Below, one piece after another: positions 63,481 through 64,000 of a stretch of DNA of 64,000 nucleotides; positions within the stretch are counted from its first letter, which is position 1; every line of letters starts with the position of its first letter. This DNA comes from Lepidodermella squamata. Lineage: Eukaryota > Animalia > Gastrotricha. The position numbers were made by a program, and so were the translations under genes. The notes under the pieces were generated by a model that saw only the letters and a program-made list of their open reading frames with translations, made no database searches and was not told the DNA's origin. The stretch lies in assembly GCA_047495785.1 (NCBI GenBank), contig JBLDXI010000017.1:1798001-1862000 (forward strand), given 5' to 3'.

Positions 63481-64000
63481 TAAAATTATCGTAAATATAT
63501 TTCGACCCAATAAAAATATTTTGAAAACATTTAACAGGTTAACCTTGAAAAGGTGTCAAGTGGAGCTCGCGTAATTTTTTCGCGCATGTCAGATTCCTGT
63601 CAAATTTAACACTTCAACCGCGTAGCATAAAAACGTAAATATATCATCGAAAAAATAAAATCGCGTGATTTTCCTGTTGATTAACAAAAATAATTGCAAA
63701 ATTTTTAATTATTATCCATCCATGTACATATATATTTTTCGCAATTTTTCGCAAATAAATTAGTTGCAAAAAATAACAACTTGAATTACTAAATCCGGGC
63801 CACTTTTGAGTTATCATCATCATTATTTTATTGACTTGCCGCGCTTTGTTTATCCCCCTCGCATATACTTCCTGTTGCTGTTGTGCGATGTTAATGATGT
63901 TTTTTCAATTATCGCGCTCGAAATGCACATGTACAATCCCTTTTCATTCACAACTTTTATCAATGACCAACATAAAATTTTCAAACTAGTAACTAAACCA

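Noticed and set aside
1-64000. CRISPR arrays, rRNA, intact tRNA, prokaryotic operons
   Set aside because: None seen; the sequence is intron-containing eukaryotic DNA.

Overview
Compact-genome metazoan DNA with mostly 45-60 nt GT-AG introns; the ORF track shows exon fragments, so gene models were spliced by hand. The window has four blocks. (1) 1-22.4 kb, minus strand: the 5' part of a class A GPCR, then a tandem array of six TRIM-like genes. Four have RING and/or B-box, coiled coil and an NHL-like beta-propeller; two are intact B-box plus coiled-coil genes with no NHL. The few large introns in the array are patchworks of transposon fragments (hAT, two piggyBac, LINE RT, RAG1/Transib-like, CACTA-like), and the recognisable ones lie antisense to the host genes. 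(2) 23.4-26.2 kb: a nicotinic acetylcholine receptor alpha subunit that needs a 5-nt micro-exon and has Phe in place of the second Cys-loop cysteine. (3) 28.5-46.6 kb: three paralogous divergent nuclear receptors with identical DBD intron positions but three different P-boxes (CNPCK, CGSCK, CAPCK); two have remodelled, shortened LBDs. (4) 47.6-63.5 kb: eight consecutive genes for signal-peptide-bearing proteins with no recognisable domain (Asp/Tyr-rich, Gln/Asn/Pro/Phe-rich, Thr-rich, one Cys-module protein), with a perfect AGGTCAnTGACCT element in one promoter. The best candidates for an undescribed system are the NR cluster plus adjacent secreted-protein cluster, and the diversifying TRIM-NHL array with antisense TE-laden introns. 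All family calls come from motif recognition by eye; no database searches were run.
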